Counted from the first letter of the stretch, positions 29,179 through 39,144 are shown. The stretch is DNA of 64,000 nucleotides from Candidatus Woesearchaeota archaeon (GCA_023264635.1 JAHFLT010000001.1:35307-99306); one strand, 5' to 3'. Notes: generated by a model from the sequence alone, not told the origin. Translations and numbers: made by a program.

Positions 29179-29672
29179 TTTTTAAGGAAAGTGTAAATCG
29201 AATCCACAAGCAGCGCTTCATCCTTCCATGTATTGAAGACACTCATCTGTTTTGTTGTGAAATGGAAATGCCCAATGGAGGATATCATTCCGCTCAGTAC
29301 CAACCCCCATGGCAGCCCGAGAAGCAACGGGCATCCAGCAGCTGCAAAATATGCAGGAAACTGACTAAATGGACGTAACTGTCCATTATTTGGTAGTGGC
29401 ATTATCTCTCGTAAGTCCTGTAGTTTCGGTACAAACTCTTTTTTGTATTGGTAAAACCTCAGAGGATTCAGCTTGCAGAGATACGGTTCGTAATTCACAT
29501 TATATTCCTTTTCAAGCTTAATCACAAACTGCAGTGCCCCCTTGTACATCTTCTGAAGATATTTGTACTGGTCGTACTCAGCGAAACAGCTTTCATATGC
29601 ATCACATAAATCTTTCAGCGAGTCTTTGTGTTGGCTGCTCGTTTCCAGCAGTTTTTCGTATAATGTGCTCAT
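29175..29672 (-). CDS. Hypothetical membrane-associated protein
   Basis: Listed ORF 29175..29804 overlaps the SSB gene by 136 bp. Start taken at the Met whose ATG overlaps the SSB stop (ATGA). Hydrophobic FAAAGCPLLLGLPWGLVLSGMISSIG segment. Confidence 0.45.
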   Translation of the reverse strand: MSTLYEKLLETSSQHKDSLKDLCDAYESCFAEYDQYKYLQKMYKGALQFVIKLEKEYNVNYEPYLCKLNPLRFYQYKKEFVPKLQDLREIMPLPNNGQLRPFSQFPAYFAAAGCPLLLGLPWGLVLSGMISSIGHFHFTTKQMSVFNTWKDEALLVDSIYTFLKK

Positions 29673-30031
29673 ATGTATTCTTCGTCGTAATGTGTTTCTT
29701 CTTTGGGCTCGGGCGCTGTCTCTTGTGCAGGTTGTGCAGTCGCCTTTCCAGTGACTTCCATCTTCCCAAAACGTCCTGCGGACAGCTGTAGCTCTCCTTG
29801 CCATTCTTTGACGTATCCGTTTGTAATCTGGACGATGTCTCCCACACTTATTGCATCCACTTCCTCATTCCATAAAGTGAGTTTTATTTGGCCAGAATCA
29901 TCTTTCACGACGGCATTACAGACTCTCCCTTCCTTTCCGAATTTTGAGAATGTTCTAATAGGGTCTTTGCTTACCACTTCTATTGTAACATCCACTTTAC
30001 CCTGATTGGGCTGCAGTTCTTTCACTTTCAT
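29669..30031 (-). CDS. Single-stranded DNA-binding protein (RPA-like OB fold with acidic C-terminal tail)
   Basis: 120 aa. OB-fold pattern VDV...DDSGQIKLTLWNEE...GDIVQITNGYV. Acidic tail EETHYDEEYI as in crenarchaeal-type SSB. Confidence 0.65.
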   Translation of the reverse strand: MKVKELQPNQGKVDVTIEVVSKDPIRTFSKFGKEGRVCNAVVKDDSGQIKLTLWNEEVDAISVGDIVQITNGYVKEWQGELQLSAGRFGKMEVTGKATAQPAQETAPEPKEETHYDEEYI

Positions 30032-31553
30032 GTTGTATCACCTTACCTTGCTTGTTGAATTGAGCGCCACCAAAGAGTTTTTCAAGAGCACTAATCAGCT
30101 TTTTCTCAGGCACACGTATCTGCATGCCCGTATCTCTGTCTCTTAACGTGACATCTTTGTTCTGAAGCGATTCATAATCTATCGTGATGCAATAAGCTGT
30201 ACCAGCCTCATCCTGTCGGAGATATCTTCTCCCTACGGTACCTGATTCATCGTACTGTGACACATACTGCACATTTATCATTTCATGAATGTGCTGTGCA
30301 TATTCCGCAAGACCATCTTTTTTCATCAATGGAAGGACAGCAACGTTCACAGGAGTCCATGGATACGGAATTTTTAATACAGGTTTCCCTTCTCCTTTTT
30401 CTGCAGGGGTGTAAAAAATGTCAAGCAATGCAAAGACAATCCTATCACTCCCGAAAGCCATCTCCAGTATATGGGGATGTATCGTTGCCCCGTCTTCTCC
30501 CCGCGCATCTAGTGATACTCCTGTCTTCTTTTCATGTTGCTTTAAATCGTAGTCAGTTCTGTCATGAACGCCACAACATTCTGTCCAGCCGAATGTATGC
30601 AGTTCTATCTCAATATCCCATGCATCATCTGCATAAAATGCTTTTTCGTCTTTATGGTGTTGTCTACATCGTATCTTCTCTTTTGGAATCCCTAAGTCTG
30701 CGAAGAATGTGTATGCTATGGAAAGCATACATGAATATGCCTTATTTCTTAGGTAATTCAGTTTGATTGCAGTATCAAGACTCATCCATTCTGGCTCTTT
30801 CTTTGTATCTTGATGCTGATGTGGCCAGAGAGGTAATTTGTTGTCTTTTACTTTTTCATACAGGTAATACTCATTCTTCTGGTGGGGGAAGATGAAAAGC
30901 TGTGCCTCTGCTTGCGTGAATTCACGGCAGCGGAGAACATGCTGTCGCGGAGATATCTCATTACGGTATGCTTTGCCTATCTGGAAGACCCCAAAAGGCA
31001 GCTTCTTCCGGAAAAAATCATAATATCTCGGAAACGGGAGGTATGTTGTCGTTGCAGTCTCTGGGCGATTATATGCCTCGATATCAACACCTATGGTTGT
31101 TCGCATCATCAGATCATGCCGAAGTATGTGCTCATCAAATGCACCTTTGCAGTTCGGGCAGCTAAGAGCATTTTCCTTAAAGAATGTTAGTAAATCCTGC
31201 TCTGTCTTAAACTGGTTGGCATGGACAGCGGGAAACAATTCATGAATAAGCGCATCTGCTCTAAACGCTGCTTTGCATTTGCTGCATTTTATCATCGGAT
31301 CAGTGAATCCGCCGAGATGTCCTGATGCTTCCCAGACCTCTTTCTGCATGATAGTAGGGCATTCTACCTCCCACAGGTTATTCTGTTGGAAATCGTGCCT
31401 CAGCTTTTGTTCGACGTTTTGCTTCAATAGTTTTCCCAATGGACCATAAGTATAAAATCCAGCAAGACCACCATATATTTCCGGACTTGGTCCCCAGATA
31501 AAACCTTTCTGCTGGAGAAAACTCATGAACTCTTTTGTGAAGTCTTCAGACAT
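29997..31553 (-). CDS. glyS: Glycyl-tRNA synthetase (archaeal/eukaryotic type)
   Basis: 518 aa. N-terminal GFIWGPSPEIYGGLAGFYTYGPLG. Class II synthetase motifs. Confidence 0.9.
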   Translation of the reverse strand: MSEDFTKEFMSFLQQKGFIWGPSPEIYGGLAGFYTYGPLGKLLKQNVEQKLRHDFQQNNLWEVECPTIMQKEVWEASGHLGGFTDPMIKCSKCKAAFRADALIHELFPAVHANQFKTEQDLLTFFKENALSCPNCKGAFDEHILRHDLMMRTTIGVDIEAYNRPETATTTYLPFPRYYDFFRKKLPFGVFQIGKAYRNEISPRQHVLRCREFTQAEAQLFIFPHQKNEYYLYEKVKDNKLPLWPHQHQDTKKEPEWMSLDTAIKLNYLRNKAYSCMLSIAYTFFADLGIPKEKIRCRQHHKDEKAFYADDAWDIEIELHTFGWTECCGVHDRTDYDLKQHEKKTGVSLDARGEDGATIHPHILEMAFGSDRIVFALLDIFYTPAEKGEGKPVLKIPYPWTPVNVAVLPLMKKDGLAEYAQHIHEMINVQYVSQYDESGTVGRRYLRQDEAGTAYCITIDYESLQNKDVTLRDRDTGMQIRVPEKKLISALEKLFGGAQFNKQGKVIQHESERTAAQSG

Positions 31554-31594
31554 AGAAACAGGAAAACCATTGAGACATATTTAAATGTTTTCTC

Positions 31595-32038
31595 GTGGAA
31601 TCACATTTTCTCACAATATTTAAATCCACTAGATGTTTCACCTACAGAATGCAAACTATCTCTGCTCTTACAATAGCATTGTGCATTGAATGCATTGGGG
31701 GAAGTGTTTCGTACTCAACACCTCCCTCCATAAGGATTTCATATGATAGCCGCACTATCGGAACATATTCACGTAGATATGATATAATGATAATGACGAC
31801 AAAGAGAAATGCCAGACCGCTTGAATTCATTATCCGGGATGCTGAGGGGATAGCGTTCTACGATGTGCGAAAAAACAACGTTCCCATACATCAGCATATA
31901 TATAAGTCAGGTGAAGAACCGCTCTTTGTGCACTTATCATTATCAGCTATACCTAATGACAGAATAACATTGGAAACAGCAGATGTCTATGATGCAAATA
32001 CCTCTGGTTTGGTAAGGATCATGCGAAAGTCGAGATGA
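31595..32038 (+). CDS. Hypothetical protein, possibly secreted
   Basis: 147-aa ORF. Internal Met followed by hydrophobic ISALTIALCIECIGG. Weak. Confidence 0.25.
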   Translation: MESHFLTIFKSTRCFTYRMQTISALTIALCIECIGGSVSYSTPPSIRISYDSRTIGTYSRRYDIMIMTTKRNARPLEFIIRDAEGIAFYDVRKNNVPIHQHIYKSGEEPLFVHLSLSAIPNDRITLETADVYDANTSGLVRIMRKSR

Positions 32039-32183
32039 TGAAAACTACTCTCTGCCCAAGGCAGCATCTTCTGATGATTATCTGATGGTTGTTCTCGCTT
32101 TTTCTTGTGCCATTGACACAATAACATTCCCTTCTCCAGCTTATGCGGATAGATAATCACCTAAACGTTTGCTGAGGAACTTG

Positions 32184-32963
32184 TCACTGGTACTTTAGTA
32201 CAAGCCCCACTGGTGCATGGTCTGAGCCGAGCACGGATGTTTGGATAAATCCATCTTCAACAGCCTCTTTTAGGTCATCAGTTACAAAGTGGTAATCGAT
32301 GCGCCAGCCAATGTTGCGTTTGCGTGCGTTGAAGCGGTATGTCCACCAGGAATATTCCTCTTTTGCAGGATGCTTGTAGCGGAAAGTATCGATATATCCA
32401 TTGGCAATAAGCTTGTCAATCCAGGCGCGTTCAACAGGAAGGAATCCTGTGTTCTGTTCATTCTCTTTCGGGTTCTTGAGGTCGATTTCTTTATGGGCGG
32501 TATTAACATCCCCGCTGATGATGAGCGGCTTTGCTGTACGCAATTCCTGACAGAACCGTAAGAATGATTCGTAAAATGAGAGTTTGTAGGTCAATCGTTT
32601 CTTTTCACCCTCTGGCCACGTATCTCCACGAGGAAAATACACATTGAGGAGATAAAATTGTGGGAATTCTGTAAGTAATGTTCTTCCCTCACAATCAAAT
32701 TCCGGAATGCCGAACCCTTCTTGCACTCGGATGGGATTTTCCTTCGTAAGCGTCGCAACGCCACTGTATCCAGGTCGTTGTGCAGGATGCCAAAATGCAT
32801 AGTATCCTTTTGGATTACGCAGCTCATCAGGGATCTGTTCTTTTTTTGCTTTGATCTCTTGAAGACACACGATATCCGGATTTGTTTTCGTAAGCCAGTC
32901 CATGAACCCTTTGCGGTGCACAGCACGAATACCATTGACATTCCATGAGATGATAGTGACCAT
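32184..32963 (-). CDS. xth: Exodeoxyribonuclease III (AP endonuclease, Xth/APE1 family)
   Basis: 259 aa. MVTIISWNVNGIRA...CLQEIKA N-terminus. C-terminal SDHAPV. Confidence 0.88.
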   Translation of the reverse strand: MVTIISWNVNGIRAVHRKGFMDWLTKTNPDIVCLQEIKAKKEQIPDELRNPKGYYAFWHPAQRPGYSGVATLTKENPIRVQEGFGIPEFDCEGRTLLTEFPQFYLLNVYFPRGDTWPEGEKKRLTYKLSFYESFLRFCQELRTAKPLIISGDVNTAHKEIDLKNPKENEQNTGFLPVERAWIDKLIANGYIDTFRYKHPAKEEYSWWTYRFNARKRNIGWRIDYHFVTDDLKEAVEDGFIQTSVLGSDHAPVGLVLKYQ

Positions 32964-33062
32964 ACAAAACCAGAACAGAATACTTATTTATGTATTTTTA
33001 TCTATTCTCTGTGTGTATTTTGGAGTGATGAGGTTTAGAATGGTGATATCACCGGCATTGTT

Positions 33063-33869
33063 CTAATGCTTCTCAATAAACTGCTTCATGTGCTCCACAA
33101 AGTCATATGCCTCTCGATACAGCTCTTCGTATTCCTTTCCATGCACATCCTTCTTTTCCCGGGTAATTATCGCTTTGGATAGTCTGTAGAATTTCTCAGG
33201 CACATGCGCATGCTTTTTGTGTATAAGCCCCGGCTTCACCATCTTTTCCACCATGAGCTCTGCGACATGTTCGGGGGAGGGTGGCACAATGCCCAGCTTC
33301 ATCAAAGCTGCATGTGATGCGTCTATAACTGCCCAGTATAAGTCGATAGTCGCCTGCATGATATGCCATCTGCTGTTGACCAATGTCCGCGGAGCCCTGC
33401 CATAGTATGTCCAGATGCTTTCACTTGTTGGTCTTATTCTTCCCATGAAGAGCAATGCCTGTAATGGATCGAAAAAACCTGTATCAACCACTGCAATTCC
33501 ATCACGCAGGATATTCACAGCTACGGGATCAGAATTCCGGACATAATCCCAGAATGCGGATAGTTTCAATGTAGTGACATGAAGCTTTGTGCTTGTGTCT
33601 ATGATTATCTTTTCAGTGATTATGCGGTATGCTTCTACAATCTCAGGAGTGAGCCGCATAGATACATCGTCCACAATAACCATAATATCTATATCATTAC
33701 GCTTCTCTTTTTCCATGGAACGCGCAACAGAACCGAATAATACAATTGCCTTGAGGAATTCCTTAAACTCTTGGTAAAGCCGTTTTGAGAAATCATATGC
33801 TATCTTGAGATCATCTTCTCTATATTTAGAGGCATTCTTGCTGATAACCTTATGAAGCTCGAACTGCAT
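33063..33869 (-). CDS. Nucleotidyltransferase (Pol-beta-like GS...DxD) fused to a C-terminal helical HEPN-like domain
   Basis: LFGSVARS...DIDIMVIV nucleotidyltransferase motif. C-terminal helical region with an R-x6-H stretch (RTLVNSRWH). Confidence 0.55.
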   Translation of the reverse strand: MQFELHKVISKNASKYREDDLKIAYDFSKRLYQEFKEFLKAIVLFGSVARSMEKEKRNDIDIMVIVDDVSMRLTPEIVEAYRIITEKIIIDTSTKLHVTTLKLSAFWDYVRNSDPVAVNILRDGIAVVDTGFFDPLQALLFMGRIRPTSESIWTYYGRAPRTLVNSRWHIMQATIDLYWAVIDASHAALMKLGIVPPSPEHVAELMVEKMVKPGLIHKKHAHVPEKFYRLSKAIITREKKDVHGKEYEELYREAYDFVEHMKQFIEKH

Positions 33870-33986
33870 AACACCTCTCTATGAGAAGTAACTATATTAA
33901 GATTTGTTACTATTGGTGAATAACATTTTTAGGCTAGAATATGTTTATATAGTTGGAAAACACGTAATCATGTAGAAAAAAAGATT

Positions 33987-34030
33987 GTCACATAGTCTAA
34001 ATTGTTACATAGTCTATAGTCAGATAGTCG
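33987..34030. promoter_or_regulatory. Direct repeats in divergent intergenic region upstream of the aconitase-family gene
   Basis: TGTCACATAGTCTA (33987-34000) and TGTTACATAGTCTA (34004-34017) then ATAGTC/AGATAG iterations. About 150 bp upstream of ATG 34175. Confidence 0.3.
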
Positions 34031-34174
34031 GTAATCAGATAGAGAGTGAGATAAAGAAACAGGTAACTATAGGAAAGGAAATTAATTTTCGTATAAATTG
34101 TATTTCCTTTCCTACTAAGCGGAGGACATTTGACCTACGATTATTTGGTTCCTCCGCTATAAGATGGTTTTAAG

Positions 34175-36133
34175 ATGACCCTTTCCCTTACATATAAACT
34201 ATTCAGGGAACATCTTGTTGAAGGAGAATTAGGACTAGGCAATGAAATTGGCCTAAAGATTGATCAAACGCTGACGCAAGATGCCACAGGGACAATGGCA
34301 TATCTCCAGTTTGAAGCGTTGGGACTTTCGAAGGTCATGACAGAACTTTCAGTTTCTTATGTTGATCATAATCTTCTTCAGTCTGGTTTTGAAAACATGG
34401 ATGATCATGTGTTCCTGCAAAGTGTTGCTGCAAAATATGGGATATACTATTCCAGACCGGGAAATGGTATCTGTCATCAAGTTCATCTTGAACGTTTTGG
34501 CATTCCGGGGAAGACACTGCTCGGATCAGACTCACACACCCCGACCAATGGCGGATTGGGGATGCTTGCGATAGGGGCAGGAGGTCTTGATGTTGCAATG
34601 GCTATGGGCGGCCATCCTTTCTATCTCAAGATGCCGAAAGTGGTCGGAATAAAATTACAGGGGAGGCTTCAACCATGGGTCTCTGCAAAGGATGTCATTC
34701 TTGAAATTTTACGGCAGCTTACAGTAAAAGGTGGTGTTGGAAAAATCATAGAATATTTTGGGGAGGGCATTGCTTCTCTCAGTGTCCCTGAACGCGCAAC
34801 CATAACCAATATGGGCGCTGAATTAGGGGCAATGACAAGCATCTTCCCCAGCGATGAGAGAACAAAGGAATATCTTTCCTTACAAAAACGTGTACATGTC
34901 TGGAAATCGTTGCAGGCTGATGAAAATGCATATTATGATGAAAAGCTAGAAATAGATCTCTCCTCATTAGAACCATTAGTTGCTTGTCCTCAGAGCCCGG
35001 ATAATGTGCATACTGTCCGGGAATATGAGGGAATGCCTGTGCAGCAGGTGCTTATCGGAAGCTGTACTAATTCGAGCTTTAAGGATCTTACAATAGTAGC
35101 CAGTGTCTTGAAAGACAAGCACGTTCATCCACACACAACAATGGCAGTAAATCCAGGATCAAAGCAGGTGTATGAAAATATTGCAGCTAATGGTGCGCTT
35201 ACTCATTTTATTATGGCTGGTGCCAGAATGCTTGAAGCCGGATGTGGCGGCTGCATCGGGATGGGGAGTGCACCTGGAACAAATGTGAATTCAGTTCGTA
35301 CATTCAATCGAAATTTTCCCGGCAGATCTGGCACACCCAATGATAATGTATACCTTGTTTCTCCCGAAGTTGCTGCTGCAACCGCTCTTAATGGCGTGTT
35401 GACAGACCCACGCCGTCTTGGTTCTTATCCCAAGATTAGCTGGCCAGAACTACATATAGATGACAGCCAGATTCTCCCCCCACCAAGAGACGCTTCTTCG
35501 GTGGAGATTATCAGAGGACCTAATATCAAGCCATTGCCATACAATGAACGTTTCCCCACTCGATTTGAGAAAGAGGTTATTATCAAGGTTGGTGATAATA
35601 TTAGTACAGACACAATCATGAAAGCAGGCGCTAAAGTGTTGCCATTGCGAAGCAATATTCCAGCAATGGCCGAGTATGTTTTCGAACCACTAGATCCGTC
35701 ATTTGCACGTCTCGCAAAAGAAAAGAAAGGTGGTATTATTGTTGCCGGAGCAAATTATGGACAGGGATCAAGCAGAGAACATGCAGCACTTGCACCGATG
35801 TACCTGGGAATCAAAGCAGTTATTGCAAAGAACTTTGCACGTATCCATAAAGACAATCTCGTCAATGTCGGAATTCTTCCTTTGGAGTTTGTAAACGAAT
35901 GGGATTATGAGAAAGTGGAAAAAGGTGATGTTCTGTTCTTGGATGATGTAAGAGAACAAGTTACCCAAGAGATCCCTATCACGACTATCACTATCACCAA
36001 TAAAACAAAAAACACACTCATCGCAACAAAATTAGATCTCAGTCCTCGACAGAGAAAATATGTTCTTACGGGTGGGTTGTTGAACTATGTACGAGAGAAG
36101 AATATACTGAAAGAACCAAAAGAGCCAAACTAA
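34175..36133 (+). CDS. Aconitase-family hydro-lyase with fused catalytic and swivel domains
   Basis: 652 aa. GSDSHT and LIGSCTNSS cluster-ligand motifs. C-terminal LeuD/swivel-like domain (IVAGANYGQGSSREHAALAP). Confidence 0.8.
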   Translation: MTLSLTYKLFREHLVEGELGLGNEIGLKIDQTLTQDATGTMAYLQFEALGLSKVMTELSVSYVDHNLLQSGFENMDDHVFLQSVAAKYGIYYSRPGNGICHQVHLERFGIPGKTLLGSDSHTPTNGGLGMLAIGAGGLDVAMAMGGHPFYLKMPKVVGIKLQGRLQPWVSAKDVILEILRQLTVKGGVGKIIEYFGEGIASLSVPERATITNMGAELGAMTSIFPSDERTKEYLSLQKRVHVWKSLQADENAYYDEKLEIDLSSLEPLVACPQSPDNVHTVREYEGMPVQQVLIGSCTNSSFKDLTIVASVLKDKHVHPHTTMAVNPGSKQVYENIAANGALTHFIMAGARMLEAGCGGCIGMGSAPGTNVNSVRTFNRNFPGRSGTPNDNVYLVSPEVAAATALNGVLTDPRRLGSYPKISWPELHIDDSQILPPPRDASSVEIIRGPNIKPLPYNERFPTRFEKEVIIKVGDNISTDTIMKAGAKVLPLRSNIPAMAEYVFEPLDPSFARLAKEKKGGIIVAGANYGQGSSREHAALAPMYLGIKAVIAKNFARIHKDNLVNVGILPLEFVNEWDYEKVEKGDVLFLDDVREQVTQEIPITTITITNKTKNTLIATKLDLSPRQRKYVLTGGLLNYVREKNILKEPKEPN

Positions 36134-36193
36134 ATATGGTAATTGGCAGTACTTTGCTATTTGTTATTATCCTGCTATTTATTATACTATTCT

Positions 36194-37819
36194 TTACTCT
36201 AATCTTTTCACTTCCTCATACTCCTTAATGCTCGAAGCCAGAAGTCGTGGAAGCAGCTTTGTCCGAAGCTTACCATACAGTGGCCGTGTCGGTTGCTTCA
36301 AAACCAACTGTACAATCTCATAATTTGCCAGCATCCGTGTCAGCCGTTCAGCGTGATACTGCGTCGTATCAGACCCTTTTCTGTACATTCGATAGAGAGT
36401 CCCCGCAAGCATTCGTTCCATCTTTCCAAGTAATCGTGTATCTGCATTGGGCGACAACATATGTGCGACTCCATCGATGCTGTATCTTTTTACATGGGTG
36501 AATCCATCCTTTGCTAAAAACTTTAGTTCTGTCAGCGCCTGAATCTGGGAAGTTCCTTCATAAATGGGGAACACCAATGAATCTCTGAGAAGCTGTTCGG
36601 GGAGATATTCTTTGATATAGCCATAGCCGCCATGCACTTGCAGTGCGAGCCTGCATACTCTTACACATTCTTCAGCAAGGTAATACTTTGAAAGGAACGT
36701 TAATGAGTTTGCGCGTTTTTCGCTCCATTTTCTTTCTTCCTCATAAGAACAGTGATTCTTCTTTTCCACAGAAAATGCGGCTTCATACAACAGCGCCCGC
36801 ATGCCTAGTAACGTTAGTGACATATCGTCCAAGATATTCTGCATAGCTGGCAACTCGCTGAGTTTTTTTCCGAATTGCTGTCTTTGTCTCGTATACGTAT
36901 TTGCTTCAACAATCGCACTTTGTGCAACACCAAGAGCTTGTGCTGCAACTCCGAGCCGTGCAGTATGCATGAGATGGAGCATGTGCTTTAGACCCTGTCC
37001 TTTTTCTCCAATAAGATGAGCTCGGGCATTATCATAAACGATAGTTCCCGTTATGGATGCATGCAAACCTAATTTCTCCTCTGTTCTGGTGTTCTTCACA
37101 GCATCGTGATTCTCTGCAGTTGCAACAAGGTACATGCTCAGTCCCTTCATTTTTCCTTTTGTTTCTGCAAAAGTATCTGCATCTCGTGCAAGAACCAGTT
37201 GTATCGTTGCATCGCAGTTGGATATGAGTTGTTTTGTGCCACCAAGAAAAGTATCACTTTCATTACTTGTTGCTTTTGTGAGAATACCACCGAGATCGCT
37301 TCCTGCGCCATCTTCTGTAAGGACCATCGCTCCCACGTCATTACCACTAAGCAGCCCGGGTAAATATTTTTTTTTTATTTCCCCAGTTGCAAAACGTTCA
37401 AGTGTTTCAGCTACTCCTGCCGAAAGCCCATAACGAACCATTAATGCGGGATCTGCCTGTGCAAGCAGTTCGTAGGCGCCCATTGCAACGAAGAATGGCA
37501 AATTAAGTTCGCTTTTCAAAGGCAATCCAATAAAGCCATTTTCTGCCAGCACCTTATATGCTTTAATGGTGCCCGGTGCGAGCGTATGATGCTCTTCCCC
37601 ATAACGGTCATTCTCGCTCATGTGCGGAGCAATAATTTCTCCGGCAATTTCTCCGGCCAGTTCCAGCACCATTTTACATTCTTCACCAGTCTTGTCGGGA
37701 TAGTACTTCAGAATTTTGTCCAGATAGCCACTTTTCTCAATGATCCATACCAAGTCATCATTAACCGTATACAGGTTTCTTGGTTTTCTTGGTTGTGGAA
37801 GCGACATGCAACAGAGCAT
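36194..37819 (-). CDS. Acyl-CoA dehydrogenase family protein
   Basis: 541 aa. General ACAD fold pattern (YEGTSQIQ near C-terminus). Confidence 0.65.
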   Translation of the reverse strand: MLCCMSLPQPRKPRNLYTVNDDLVWIIEKSGYLDKILKYYPDKTGEECKMVLELAGEIAGEIIAPHMSENDRYGEEHHTLAPGTIKAYKVLAENGFIGLPLKSELNLPFFVAMGAYELLAQADPALMVRYGLSAGVAETLERFATGEIKKKYLPGLLSGNDVGAMVLTEDGAGSDLGGILTKATSNESDTFLGGTKQLISNCDATIQLVLARDADTFAETKGKMKGLSMYLVATAENHDAVKNTRTEEKLGLHASITGTIVYDNARAHLIGEKGQGLKHMLHLMHTARLGVAAQALGVAQSAIVEANTYTRQRQQFGKKLSELPAMQNILDDMSLTLLGMRALLYEAAFSVEKKNHCSYEEERKWSEKRANSLTFLSKYYLAEECVRVCRLALQVHGGYGYIKEYLPEQLLRDSLVFPIYEGTSQIQALTELKFLAKDGFTHVKRYSIDGVAHMLSPNADTRLLGKMERMLAGTLYRMYRKGSDTTQYHAERLTRMLANYEIVQLVLKQPTRPLYGKLRTKLLPRLLASSIKEYEEVKRLE

Positions 37820-37900
37820 TGCAACGAATTATAAAAATCTTGTTTATTTTGAACGCTGCCTTATTTTTCTATAGCTCCTAGTTTTCTATTATTGTTCTAT

Positions 37901-38203
37901 TTATTGTTCTATATGTCTCTTAATAAAAATAATGATACAAGACAAGACGTAGAGATAAGGAACTACAACAAAAATGAAAATGAATGCTACGGGAATAATA
38001 TTGGCTGCGGATAGTTGTCCTATTTTGTAGACAATAAGTAACCCTGGCCATAAAAGGATCCAGCCTAGAAAAATAAGGTCAAGACTCGCACCAGTCATGA
38101 CAAAAAGAAAGACAATTAGTGTCAGTATAATCAAGAAGATGAAACAATTCTTTTTCGGTCTTTCCCACCAAATGAATTCTTTTATGACAGAGGATAAAAC
38201 CAT
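37901..38203 (-). CDS. Small polytopic membrane protein
   Basis: 100 aa, three hydrophobic segments. Confidence 0.3.
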   Translation of the reverse strand: MVLSSVIKEFIWWERPKKNCFIFLIILTLIVFLFVMTGASLDLIFLGWILLWPGLLIVYKIGQLSAANIIPVAFIFIFVVVPYLYVLSCIIIFIKRHIEQ

Positions 38204-38300
38204 ACCTGAAGATAAAGCACAATTACTTTAAAACTTGTCTGCTTTAATTGCAAGGTTTCCAATAATTTTATATACGCACTGTTTGTCCTCTTCCTGCTTT

Positions 38301-38431
38301 GCAGGGGTAGCGAAGCCTGGTCAAACGCGCAGGACTCAGAGCACATCACCTGGCTGAGTGCGATACTTAAGACCAGGTGTGAGAGATCCTGTCTCTTAGT
38401 GGGTTCGAGGGTTCAAATCCCTTCCCCTGCA
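38301..38431 (+). tRNA. tRNA-Leu (CAG) with about 45-nt canonical-position intron
   Basis: Acceptor GCAGGGG/CCCCTGC. Anticodon stem CAGGA/TCCTG with loop CTCAGA then insertion after position 37. Long variable arm. T arm GAGGG-TTCAAAT-CCCTT. Discriminator A. No encoded CCA. Confidence 0.7.
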
Positions 38432-39144
38432 TTTTTCTCTTTTTTTTCTAAATCTGTTTGTGAATTGTCCTTTATTGCTTTAGGCTGTACGGGAAGGGAA
38501 AGGCGCTGTACGATGGTTTTGTATTTTTCGCTAAGGTGGGATGTTACATCAGCAACGCATTTTACAGGAAGGAACAGCACGATATTAGTGATCCCTTTCC
38601 AACATGTATAGACTAACATAGATAGCATGCCATTTATTACAAGCTGCTCATAGGGAGTGCCATCACGAGGGAAATAAGCTCGATAGTACAAGGTAGCCCA
38701 TGTCAATGCAAACTCCGTCATGAGTTCTCCTGTCAGACCAATCCATCTGCCATAGCGTCGTGGTCCTTCAGGTTCTGCTGTCATTGCGATGATGGACTTG
38801 CCTATTACATTATCTATAGGACAATATAAGAATAATGATACGTTCGTCCGTAATGCAGAGAGCACGAATCCTTCGGGTATCCCTTTAATGACTTGTACCA
38901 ACTCGTCAAGACACTCTTTTCCAAAGTGGTTAAGGACTTTCCTCGTAGAAGGCACAAGCAGTTTTTTATCATAGTGAATTACAGACGGACATGCATATGC
39001 AGAACACTTATCCTCATTGCTTGCAACACAATTGATGTGGTACTTACTTTCACATGTTGGGCATGCGACAAGTGGGATAGTATCTTCTAATGGATACTTG
39101 CAATAGCCGCAATGCAATGTGACAATAGTCTCAAGCTCTCCCAT
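38413..39144 (-). CDS. Zinc-finger (RING/PHD-like Cys/His cluster) protein with hydrophobic C-terminal half
   Basis: CGYC...CPTC...H..C...C....C at N-terminus. Hydrophobic segments later. 3-prime end overlaps tRNA-Leu by 19 bp on the opposite strand. Confidence 0.45.
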   Translation of the reverse strand: MGELETIVTLHCGYCKYPLEDTIPLVACPTCESKYHINCVASNEDKCSAYACPSVIHYDKKLLVPSTRKVLNHFGKECLDELVQVIKGIPEGFVLSALRTNVSLFLYCPIDNVIGKSIIAMTAEPEGPRRYGRWIGLTGELMTEFALTWATLYYRAYFPRDGTPYEQLVINGMLSMLVYTCWKGITNIVLFLPVKCVADVTSHLSEKYKTIVQRLSLPVQPKAIKDNSQTDLEKKEKNAGEGI

